Shown one piece after another: positions 1 through 9,140 of a stretch of 64,000 nt of DNA; the stretch's first letter is position 1, and each line of letters starts with the position of its first letter. This stretch comes from Malacoraja senta (lineage: Eukaryota). The stretch is from the NCBI GenBank assembly GCA_038087875.1, contig CM075999.1:4590001-4654000 (forward strand), given 5' to 3'. A program made the translations under genes and the position numbers. The notes under the pieces are model-generated. The model did no database searches and had not been told where the DNA came from. It saw nothing but the letters and a program-made list of their open reading frames with translations.

Positions 1-834
1 TCCCCAAAAGAAGTCCCAATGATCCAGAAATTTGAATCCCTGCCCGCTGCACCAGTTCCTCAGCCACGCATTTATCCTCCACCTCACTCCATTCCTACTC
101 TCACCGTCATGTGGCACAGGTAGTAATCCTGAGATTGTTACCTTTGTAGACCTTCTCCTTAACTCTCCTCCCAACTCCCTAAATTCTCCTTTCAAGACCT
201 CTTCTCTTTTTCTACCTATGTCATTGGTACCTATATGTACCACAACCTCAGGCTCCTCTCCCTCCGATTTCAGGATATCTTGGACGCGTTCAGACACATC
301 CCTGACCCTGGCACCAGGGAGGCAAACTACCATTCGGGTCTCCTGACTGCGTCCACAGAATCGCCTATCCGACCCCCTAACCATAGAGTCCCCTATTACT
401 ATTGCCCTCCTCTTCTTTTCCCTACCCTTCTGAGCAATAGGGCTGGTCTCTGTGCCGGAGGCCCGGCCGCTGTTGCTACCCGCAGGAAGGCTGTCCCCCT
501 CAACAGTACTTAAACAGGAGTACTTATTTTCAAGGTGTACAGCCACCGGGGTACTCACTAGTCCCTGCCTCTGCCCCTTGCCCTTCCTAACCGTGACCCA
601 CTTGTCTGCCTCCCGTGGTCTTGGAGTGGCCACCTCCCTATAACTCTTTTCTATGACCTCCTCACTCTCCCTGATCAGACAGAGGTCATCGAGCTGCTGC
701 TCCAGGTTCCTAACACGGTCCCTTAGGAACCCCATCTCTACGCACCTGACACAGATGTGGACGTCTGGAGGGGTATCAGACTCCATGACCTCCCACATCT
801 GACATCCAGAACAGTAAACTGCCCTGGCCCTCAT
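1..834 (-). CDS. CR1-clade LINE ORF1 (Cys zinc-finger-like N-terminus, coiled coil, SGNH esterase domain); open reading frame runs off the left edge
   Basis: Hand translation from ATG at 834 to base 1 gives 278 codons with no stop: MRARAVYCSGCQMW...HICVRC...RVRNLEQQLDDL...IVIGDSMVRG...VCLPGARVRDV...VVHIGTNDIG...ISGLLPVP...INAWLRNWC...FLDHWDFFWG. GDS and GTND are SGNH motifs typical of CR1 ORF1. Absent from the ORF track, probably because it has no stop in the window. Confidence 0.9.
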   Translation of the reverse strand, partial: MRARAVYCSGCQMWEVMESDTPPDVHICVRCVEMGFLRDRVRNLEQQLDDLCLIRESEEVIEKSYREVATPRPREADKWVTVRKGKGQRQGLVSTPVAVHLENKYSCLSTVEGDSLPAGSNSGRASGTETSPIAQKGREKKRRAIVIGDSMVRGSDRRFCGRSQETRMVVCLPGARVRDVSERVQDILKSEGEEPEVVVHIGTNDIGRKREEVLKGEFRELGGELRRRSTKVTISGLLPVPHDGESRNGVRWRINAWLRNWCSGQGFKFLDHWDFFWG

Positions 835-984
835 ACTCCCCCCTTACCCTGGATACAATACAAAACTGGTGGAGGAAATCAGCAGGGATCTGACTCCCAA
901 TCAGCTGCTTTCTCTTGGTCCTCTTCCACCAATCAGCGGCTTCCTCACTTATAGGAAACTTGAATGGAACGTTGCAGTTTTGGT

Positions 985-1167
985 CCTTCTGCAACGGTCC
1001 CTGGGCGTCTGGAAAGCAAAGCCCCGCACTGTTTAACTACTCCCTACCCGGACGCTGCTCCTCCTTCTGCAACGGTCCCTGGGCGTCTGGAAAGCAAAGC
1101 CCCGCGCTGTTTAACTACTCCCTACCCGGACGCTGCTCCTCCTTCTGCAACGGTCCCTGGGCGTCTC
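985..1167. repeat. Tandem 78-bp repeat (~2.3 copies) in the CR1 5' UTR
   Basis: Unit starting ccttctgcaacggtccctgggcgtct recurs at 985, 1063 and 1141, nearly identical. Confidence 0.9.
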
Positions 1168-1319
1168 AACGCTCCTTCTCAACATATGATTTTTTCATTT
1201 TTATACTGTCAGTGTTGAGTAACAAACATATCAATTCTGAATTGATCGACAACTCATAAAAAAAACTGCTCACATTTTCTAGACAATATTTAACACTATA
1301 TTTCCACCCAGAACTTTAT

Positions 1320-3290
1320 TCGTGTTCATAAATTATAGGAGCAAAATTGGTCCATTTGGCTCATCACGTCTACTCCGCCATTCAATCATGGCTGATCTAT
1401 CTTTCCTTCTCAACCGCAGTCTCCTGCCTTCTCCCCATAACCCCTGACACCCGTACTAATCAAGAACCTGTCAATCTCTGCCATAGAAATATCTATTGAC
1501 TTGGCTTCCACACCCATCTGTGGCAATGACTGCCTTCTGACTAAATAAATTCCTCCTCACCTCCTTCAGTCTGAAGAAGAATCTCAACCCGAAATGTCGT
1601 CTATTCCTTCACTCCATAGATGCTGCCTCACTCGCTGAATTCCTCCAGCATTTTTGTCTACCTTCCTAAAGGTACATCCTTTTATTCTGTGGCCATGGCC
1701 TTGGGTCCTGGACTCTCCCACGAGTGGAAACATCCTCTCCACATTCATTCTATCCAGGCCATTCACTATTTAGTAAGTTTAAATGAGGTCCCCCCTTTCC
1801 GGAAGTGGCGGCGCTGTCGTACAGCAGCGGCTCGCCTGCAGTCCGTCTGTCTTTACTTTTTTAGTTGTTTTCTTTTGTCCTGTTTTAGTTAAATTTTAGT
1901 TTATTGGGTTGTGTATGTGTGGGGGTGGGGTGGGGGGGGGGTGAAACATGACTTTTGTCTCTTCCTTCGGGGGAATGCGACTTTTTCTTGTCGTATCCCC
2001 CTTCTCTGCCTCCGTCTGCGCTGAGGTCTAATGGCGGAGCTGGCGGCCTCCAACTCCAACTGCGGGCGAGCGACCGACCTCGAGGCTCCGGAGGCAGAGC
2101 CAGGACTTACCAGCGCGGGGCTGGCCTGCTTCGGGGCTGCGGTGGCGTTCCGGCGGTGGCGACCGAGGACACTGGTGGCGACCTGAGACCGGAGGCTCGG
2201 TCGCGGCTGGCACGGTGGACGACATCTTCGGGAGCGCGCAGGTCACAGGTTGGTGACCTGTTTTTTCTGGAGCTCCCGCAACTACAGCTGCGTCCGCTGG
2301 ACTGGAGGGCGGCAGCTTCGGCAGTTTTGGCCACCCCGGGCCGCGGAGTTTGAACCGGCCCGTCGCGGACGGAGCACGGATTCAGCCTCGGGATTGACTT
2401 GCCATCACCCGGCGGGGTCACAACATCAGAAGCCTGGATCGCCTCAGCGCAGAGGAAGAACAAAGCAGGAAGAGACAGAGACTTTAAGACTTTTGCCTCC
2501 ATCACAGTGAGGAGGTGCCTGGTGAACTCACTGTGGTGGATGTTAATTTGTGTTTATTGTGTGTTTTGTTATTTATTATTATATGTATGACTGCAGGCAA
2601 CGAAATTTCGTTCAGACCGAAAGGTCTGAATGACAAATAAAGGAATCTCAATCTCATCGAATCTCATCTCCTTCTAAAGTCCAGTGAGTACAGGCCAAGT
2701 GCTGTCAAATGCTCATCATATGTTAACTCAATCATTTCAGGGATAGTTCTGGTAAACCTCTTCTGGACCCTCTCCAACACCAGCACATCCTTCTTCAGAT
2801 ATGGGGCCCAAAACTGCTCACAATACTCCAAATGCAGGCTGACCAGCGCCTTATAAACTCTCAGCATTACACCCCAGTTTTTATATTCTAGTCCTCTCAA
2901 AATAAATGCTAGAATTGCATTTGCCTTCCTCGCTATCAATTCAACATGCTTTTGGGATGTCCTGCACCAGCACTCCCAAGTCCCTCTGCACCTCCAATTT
3001 CTGAATTTCTCCCCCTTTAGAAAATAGTCTACAGCTTTATTCCTACCACCAAAATGCACGACTCCACACTTTGCTACGCTATATTCCATCTGCCACTTCT
3101 TAAACACACTGTACATCCTTCTGCAGAATCCCTGCTTTCTCTACATTACCTGCACCTCCACCTATCTTTGTACAATTTGCAAACTTGGCCACAAAGTCTT
3201 CAATTTCCTCATTCAAAACATTTATATATATAGTGAAGAGTAGCGGCCCCAGCACCGACCCCTGCAGAACACCGCTCGTCACTGGCATCC
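1320..3290 (-). mobile_element. Degenerate CR1 ORF2 3' half and tail, interrupted by inserts at 1568-1663 and 1796-2660
   Basis: Fragments VTSGVLQGSVLGPLLFTIYIN, HLEYCEQFWAPYLKKD, GLYSLDFRR and RMFPLVGESRTQGH; CR1 3' UTR near 1330-1450. Confidence 0.85.
1796..2660 (+). mobile_element. GC-rich non-autonomous retroposon with a Rex1/Babar-type 3' hairpin tail
   Basis: Splits a CR1 between gaggtccccc and catctccttctaaagtccag. Starts ccggaagtggcggcg and ends in hairpin TTCAGACC-GAAA-GGTCTGAA, then tgacaaataaa and aatctc repeats. A related copy lies at 17820-19100. Confidence 0.65.
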
Positions 3291-3367
3291 CCCTTTATTG
3301 CCACTCTTTACCTTTAGTTGGTGAATTGTGCCATCCACAGTAAACAATTCATAAGATAGTGATATAC

Positions 3368-3501
3368 CTGCTGTTCTCGTTTTTGTTTCCTTAGCTGAAT
3401 CCCTTCTTCCTCTCTTCTCCTACGCATCTCTTCAGGATTTAATGCTTTGTTCTTGTAACGATTCATTCTATAGTTTTCTTTTGTTGGACTGCTGGTGGTT
3501 T
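3368..3501 (-). CDS. KPNA6: Importin subunit alpha-7 (karyopherin alpha 6), coding exon 2 (start of the IBB domain)
   Basis: 134-bp exon between acceptor ttcactttag| and donor |gtatat. With the G from exon 1 it reads [50 protein letters not shown]...[15 protein letters not shown] fits KPNA6 better than KPNA1 or KPNA5, and TMEM39B adjacency matches known vertebrate synteny. Confidence 0.92.
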
Positions 3502-3869
3502 CTAAAGTGAAAAATAAAATCAGCATTTAAATGGGAACAATGCAACTTAACCCCCTAACAGACACCACTGGCAGAACTCAACCAGCCACGCAACACATCT
3601 GGAAAGAGAAATCGAGTTAATGATTCTAGTCTGGGACTTTGGCAGAACTGGAGGAAAAGTCACCAAAATATTACTTCTCTTTCTACAGATGCTGCCTGAC
3701 ATTCTGAATGTTTCCAGCATTTTCTCTTTTTATTTCTAATGTCCAGCATCTGCAGGCTTTTTTGATTTTCATTGAATGGTGGCAATCAGCTTACATTAAA
3801 ATACTATTGTTATGCTCCATGATCTTCCAATAATGAATTTATACCCTAATTTAAAACTTAAAAGAGATA

Positions 3870-4600
3870 AGAACAGGAAAGGCACAGGGCCTTTGGCCCA
3901 CAATGTCTGTACTGAACATGACGCGTAGGTAGACTAATCTCATTTGCCTGCACATGATCCATATCCCTCCATTCCCTGCATATCCATGTGCCTATCTAAA
4001 AGGCTCATACGGAGCACAATTGTATCTGCCCCCACCATCATCCCTGGCAAAGAATTCAAGGCACGCACCATCTAGTGTGTAAAAAAACTTGCCCATACAT
4101 CTTTGAACTTTGCCCCTTTCACTTTAAAGCCATGCCCTCTAGTCTTCGGCATTTCCACCCTGGAAAAAGTTTGTGACCTATCTAAGCCTCTCATAATTTT
4201 ATATACTACCATCAGGTCTCTTCTCAACCTCCGGCATTCCAGAGAAAACAATCCAAGTCTGTCCAAACCTCTCCTTATAGCAAATACCCTTGATCCAAAT
4301 GGCATTCAGGTAAACCTTTTCTGTAATCTTGATTGGGTGAATGGCCTAATTCTGCTCTAATGGAATGGTTATGAAGCTCCAAAGCCTCCACATACTTGCA
4401 ATAATGGGGCGACCGGAACTTCATGCAATACTCCAAAGTGTGGCCAACCAAAGTACTAGAAAGCTGCATCATGACTTCCTATACTGAGTGCCAACCGATG
4501 AAAGCAAGCATACATTTACGCCCTTTTTTTTACCACTCTGTCTACTTGTGTTCTATGCTTTTTACCACTTTGTCTACTTGTGTTCTATGTTTGCTTCAAG
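3870..4600 (-). mobile_element. CR1 3' fragment
   Basis: LDRLGLFSLECRRLRRDL and KTRGHGFKVKGAKF motifs plus CR1 tail. Confidence 0.75.
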
Positions 4601-4649
4601 AGGGAATACATCAATGTACCTTTTCAGGTTCCCTTAGCTCCCAATGGCA

Positions 4650-5900
4650 TTGTAACAGTCACTGAGGCTGACGTCAGGTAATCTTCACAAGCATGAACCC
4701 GCAGAAAGCTTCCGGACCTGATGGTGTACCTGTCCGCGGACCAATGGTTGGAGCTTTTGTAGACATCTTCAACCTCTCATTATTAATGTTCATGGTTTCC
4801 GACTGCTTTAAAAGGCCATAAATAATATCGCTGTTCATAAGAGCAAGGTGACATGCCTCAGTGTATAGTGATAGTGTGGCCATGAGACACTAATGTCTGT
4901 GGTGGTGAAGGTCAATGGGGGATGCGATCTTGCTGACTCTCCCTCTACACTGGAACACTTGGATAATAAGAACATGTACATCAAGCTGTTGTTCACAGAC
5001 TATGGCTCGATAGTCAACTTCATCAGCCCTTCCAAACGTATCAAACTCAGGGAAGGGGAAAGCTGAGGAGTCACAAACCTGTCTTCAATGATAGTTTGAA
5101 GGTGGAGAGAGTGAATAACTCAAGTTTCTGAGTGTACATATCTCAATATCCTGGGGCAAGGACATTGAAGCAATCATTAAAAAAAACATCAACACCATTA
5201 TTTCATTGGAAGATTGAGATTTGGTATGTCAAAGAATACTCTCTTGAATTTCTACTGGTATACAGTGGAGAGTATATTGAAATGGTTGCATTAAGGTCTG
5301 GTTCAGTAACTCAAACACCAAGGAACGAAGGAGATTTAAAAAAATGCTGGGACACCATCCAGTGTTATATTATCTATGTTTACAGGCTTCTCTGTGGATT
5401 GTCACCACGTCGTGGGTGGAGAAGCTTGTGTGGACCTGAGATCCTAAGAGCGATGCCGTCTGGAGCTATGCTCCAGGTAGGGCCACCCATGGCGGGTAAG
5501 GTCGAGGGGGAGGTCTCTGACAAAGAGCAATCCAACCAAGACCTCAAACGGTGGAACAGGCAGAGGATGATGGCTGACCTTAGTGGAGCGTCACAACGGC
5601 TGCTAAGGCGGATGAAGGCTGCAGCAGAAAAGGGTCTCTGGTTGTCTTGGACTCCGTGCCACTGGATCCTGACCCAGATCTGTCAAGGACCATGGGGTGG
5701 CTGTCTGTGCACCAGTCTCCCCACGTTAAACAAAGTCACGCACAGGAGTCCTCCATATAGAGAATAGCACCCTGGAGACACCCATGCTCAGCCATGACCG
5801 AAGGGGGGCCTAAGAAGATGTTTACAGGCCTGTGATGCTACTGCAAATAAGAATTTCATTGTTCTGTTGTCAGTTCATATGACAATTAAATAGTTTTGAC
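4650..5900 (+). mobile_element. Old Rex1/Babar fragment hosting an RTE-derived insert
   Basis: Decayed KASGPDGV, DIFNLSL and KFLSVHISQ-like segments; Rex tail gaatttcattgttctg...atgacaattaaa near 5850-5890. Confidence 0.6.
5388..5817 (+). mobile_element. 430-bp non-autonomous RTE-clade (BovB/Expander-like 5' end) short retroposon
   Basis: 12-bp TSD atgtttacaggc at 5376-5387 and 5818-5829. Contains gtagggccaccca...gaggtctctgacaaa, resembling the conserved RTE 5' UTR block, and ends in taagaag. Confidence 0.7.
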
Positions 5901-7249
5901 TCTTTATTCCATGGAGCGTAGGAAGCCAAGAGACCTTTTAGAGGCTTATAAAATCATGTTAGGCAAAGATAGGTGAATAAACTTTTTTCCCCCACAGGAA
6001 AGTCTATAACAAATGGGCATAGGTTTAAGGTAAGAGAGGAAGATTTAAAAGGGACCCGAAGGTCAACGTTTTCACAAAGGATGGTTATATATATATAGAA
6101 CGAGCTATCAGAGGAATTCTAGAGACAGGTACAATTACAGCATTTAAAAGACACTTAGACATGTTAATGGATAGAAAATGTTTGGAGGGATATGGGCCAA
6201 AAGCAGGCAAATAGGTTAGGGCAACTTAGTCAGCATGGACGGGTTGGGCAACGGGGCCTGTTCCATGTATCGCTCTTTGTGTCTCTATTTGCCCACAAAT
6301 ACAATGGGGCGATGTAGTGAGCACCAATGGAATCCCATTAAATATAGTAATCCAGTCACTAAAATTCCTGTCAACAATTAAGAGTTTCCTGTCACTAGCA
6401 AGTCTACAATTGAACTTTCGCTTTATGAGGATTGCAACTTTTTGGATTGATCTGCTGTCAGTCAAAACATATTCATATTCCAGAAACCCGCTGAGTTTCT
6501 CCAGCATTTTTGTGTACCTTCATATTGAATATACTTGAATAACTTTTACCACTCAAAATGCTGATCTATGCACCCAAGAAACTGCTGACACCCAACAATT
6601 TGCTGACAACTCACATCAGGTTGACAGACCTTTTCATTTCTCCAACTCCACACCCATAGCTCAAGAGCGCATAAAATGATAGTCATACATTCAGAATAAA
6701 AACATAAATAACCCACACTCCTAGTTCTGATTGATTAATTTGTCACTAATGTTTTGATTTTGGACAAATTACTACACCATACTCGGGACAGAGGTTTAAG
6801 GTGACTCTTCCGCCTGTGTCCTAGCCTGCTCAACCTCTCCCTGAAGCTCAGACCCTCTAGTCCTGGCAACATCCTCGTTTTCTCTTACCTCCCACATTAT
6901 CTTTGTCACTGCAACAAAAACCCGTGATCCCTTCCATTGACTCCATTTATACCTCACGTTGCCTCTCTCTGCAATCCCTCTTCTCCCCTCTCCCCATCAG
7001 GCAAAAGGTATAGAAGTGTGAAAACGCACACCTCCAGATTCAGGGAGTTTCTTCCCAGCTGTTATCAGGCAACTGAAACCATCCTACCACTACCAGAGAG
7101 CAGTGCTGAACTACTATCCATCTCATTGGTGACCCTTCGGACTATCTTTGATCGGACTTATACTGGCTTTCTTTTGCACTAAATGTTAATCCCTTATCAT
7201 GTATCTATACACTGTAAATGGCTCAATTATAATCATGTATATAAAACAT

Positions 7250-7386
7250 AATGTGTAGGAAGGAACTGCAGATGCTGGTTTACACCAAAGATAGATACAA
7301 AATGCTGGAGTAACTCAGCGGTACAGACAGCATCTCTGGAGAGAAGGAATGGATGACGTTTCGGGTCGAGACCCTTCTTCAGACTG
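7250..7386 (-). mobile_element. Penelope-derived short element with an intact minimal hammerhead core, sense to KPNA6 pre-mRNA
   Basis: Minus strand reads cagt-CTGAAGA-A-GGGT-CTCG-ACCC-GAAAC-GTC-atcc (core 7355-7382), followed by the gatgctg...gagttactccagcattttg tail. Confidence 0.7.
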
Positions 7387-8249
7387 GGTATCTTTCCATC
7401 ACGCCTTGTCTTTCCGCTGACTGGATAGCACGCAACTAAAGCTTTTCACTGTACCTCGGTATACGTGACAATAACCTAAACTGAACTGAAGGTGAGGGGG
7501 AAAAGATTTAATAGGAACCTGATGTGCAACCTTTTTTGCACAAAATGGTGGTGGGTAAATGGAACGAGCTGCCAGAGGAGGTTATTGAGGCAGGTACGAT
7601 CACAACATTTAAAAGGCATTTGGACTTTAGTTCTGTTCAGTTTAGTTTGTTTTAGTTTACATGGATAGGGATATGTTTCAAAGCATATGGGCCAAACATA
7701 GACAGGTGACACTAGTGTAAATAGGCCGTGTTAGTCAAAGAATCGTACAGTGTGAAAATTTTAGCCCAACTTGCCATGCCAACCAACATGCTCAATCTAC
7801 ACTAGTCCCACCTGGCTGCGTTTGGCCCATATTCCTCTCTAAACCTATCCTATCCATGTATCTGTCTAAATATTTATTGAACACCGTGATAATACTTGAA
7901 TGGTTATCAAGTGAGCATACAATGGAATAAATGGAAATACCACATACCACTGGCCCATCAGCCTGTATTTGGCCCATATCCCTCTAAACCTGAAACCTGG
8001 TTGGTGTGGGCAAGTTGGGCCGAAGGGCTTGTTTCCATGCTGTATGACTCCATGACTCTATATTATTACTGGCTGAAAATTAGAAAATTCCCTACCTAAC
8101 AACATTGCGGTAATACCTTCAGTACATGACTTCAGCAAGGCCGAGCACCACCTTCAAGGGAAACTAGGAACTGTCAATAAATTCCTGCCGTCCCTGCGAT
8201 GCCCACCTCCTGAAGAATGATAAAATAGAGACCTTGTTTGTGTGGTCAA

Positions 8250-8490
8250 GAAGATGTAGAGGACTCCATTCGGTTTTTCCCAAAAAGGAGAAGCAAATTC
8301 TTCCGTTATCCTGGCCAACATTCATTCCTCAACCAGCATCACTAAAAAGAGATCAAGTCGCCATTCATCTCAGGGATCTTACCCTGTGAATGGCTACCTA
8401 AAAGTGACTACATTTCAGCAGCAAATGATTGGGTGTAGTTCTTTGTGAGGTCACAAAGATGTAAAACAATGCTCTGAAAAATGTCAGCTA
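8250..8490 (+). mobile_element. Ancient Deu-domain SINE remnant (SacSINE1/AmnSINE-like)
   Basis: tcctggccaacattcattcctcaaccagcatcactaaaa...gtgactacatttca...gattgggtgtag resembles the DeuSINE central domain and its L2-type tail. Confidence 0.6.
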
Positions 8491-8589
8491 CAAATGATCT
8501 TATTTCTCCTCCCTCCCCAAGTAGCATCTCATGATTGATCAATATTATTAGTCTAACAAAACCACACCATATGTTTAGTTACTTCAAGA

Positions 8590-9140
8590 TTGGGATAATC
8601 TAGGAAATTATAGGCCAGTGAGCTGAAAATCAGTGGTAAGAAAGCTATTGGAAAGGTAAGTTTCTTAGGGGCAGGATTTACTCGCATTTGGAAGAGAATG
8701 GTCTAATTAATGGTCTAATTAGCATGGCTTAGGACACGCAAGTCATGTCTTACAAACTTGAACGAGTTGTTTGAGGAAGTGACAAAGGTGATTGATGAAA
8801 GTAGGGCAATGGATGTTGTTTATATGGCATTCAGTAAGACATTTGACCATGTCCTTCATGGTAGATAGATGTGAAAGTCTAAGATGCATGGGATCCACGA
8901 TAACTTGGTAGTCTGAATTCACAATTGTTTTAACTGTAGAAGATAGAAGAGAGCAGTGTGTGTTATTCTGGCTGGGGGTGTGTGACCAGTGTTCTGCAAG
9001 TATCAATGCTGGGACCTTTGCTGTTTGCGATATATATATATATATATAAATGATTTGGATGTAAGTGTAGATGGGTTGGTTAGTAAGTTTGCAGACAAAA
9101 TGAAAAATGATGGAATTGCAGAATGTGGAGAAGGTTGTGG
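8590..9140 (+). mobile_element. Decayed CR1 RT fragment
   Basis: NYRPVSL-, SCLTNL- and YINDLDVSVDGLVSKFAD-like segments. Confidence 0.7.

Noticed and set aside
915..1259. ORFs with repeated 26-aa units
   Set aside because: A by-product of the 78-bp tandem repeat on the strand opposite the CR1.
1955..2510. Overlapping 70-130 aa ORFs in the GC-rich elements (also 18620-18959 and 55009-55359)
   Set aside because: Expected from high GC content; the peptides are not conserved between related copies.
5660..5750. Possible HDV-like ribozyme (tccccacgt resembles an L3 loop)
   Set aside because: I could not find P3 or P1 pairing around it by eye; left for a descriptor search.
5132..5767. 211-aa ORF
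   Set aside because: Chance read-through across a decayed Rex1 fragment and the inserted RTE-derived element.
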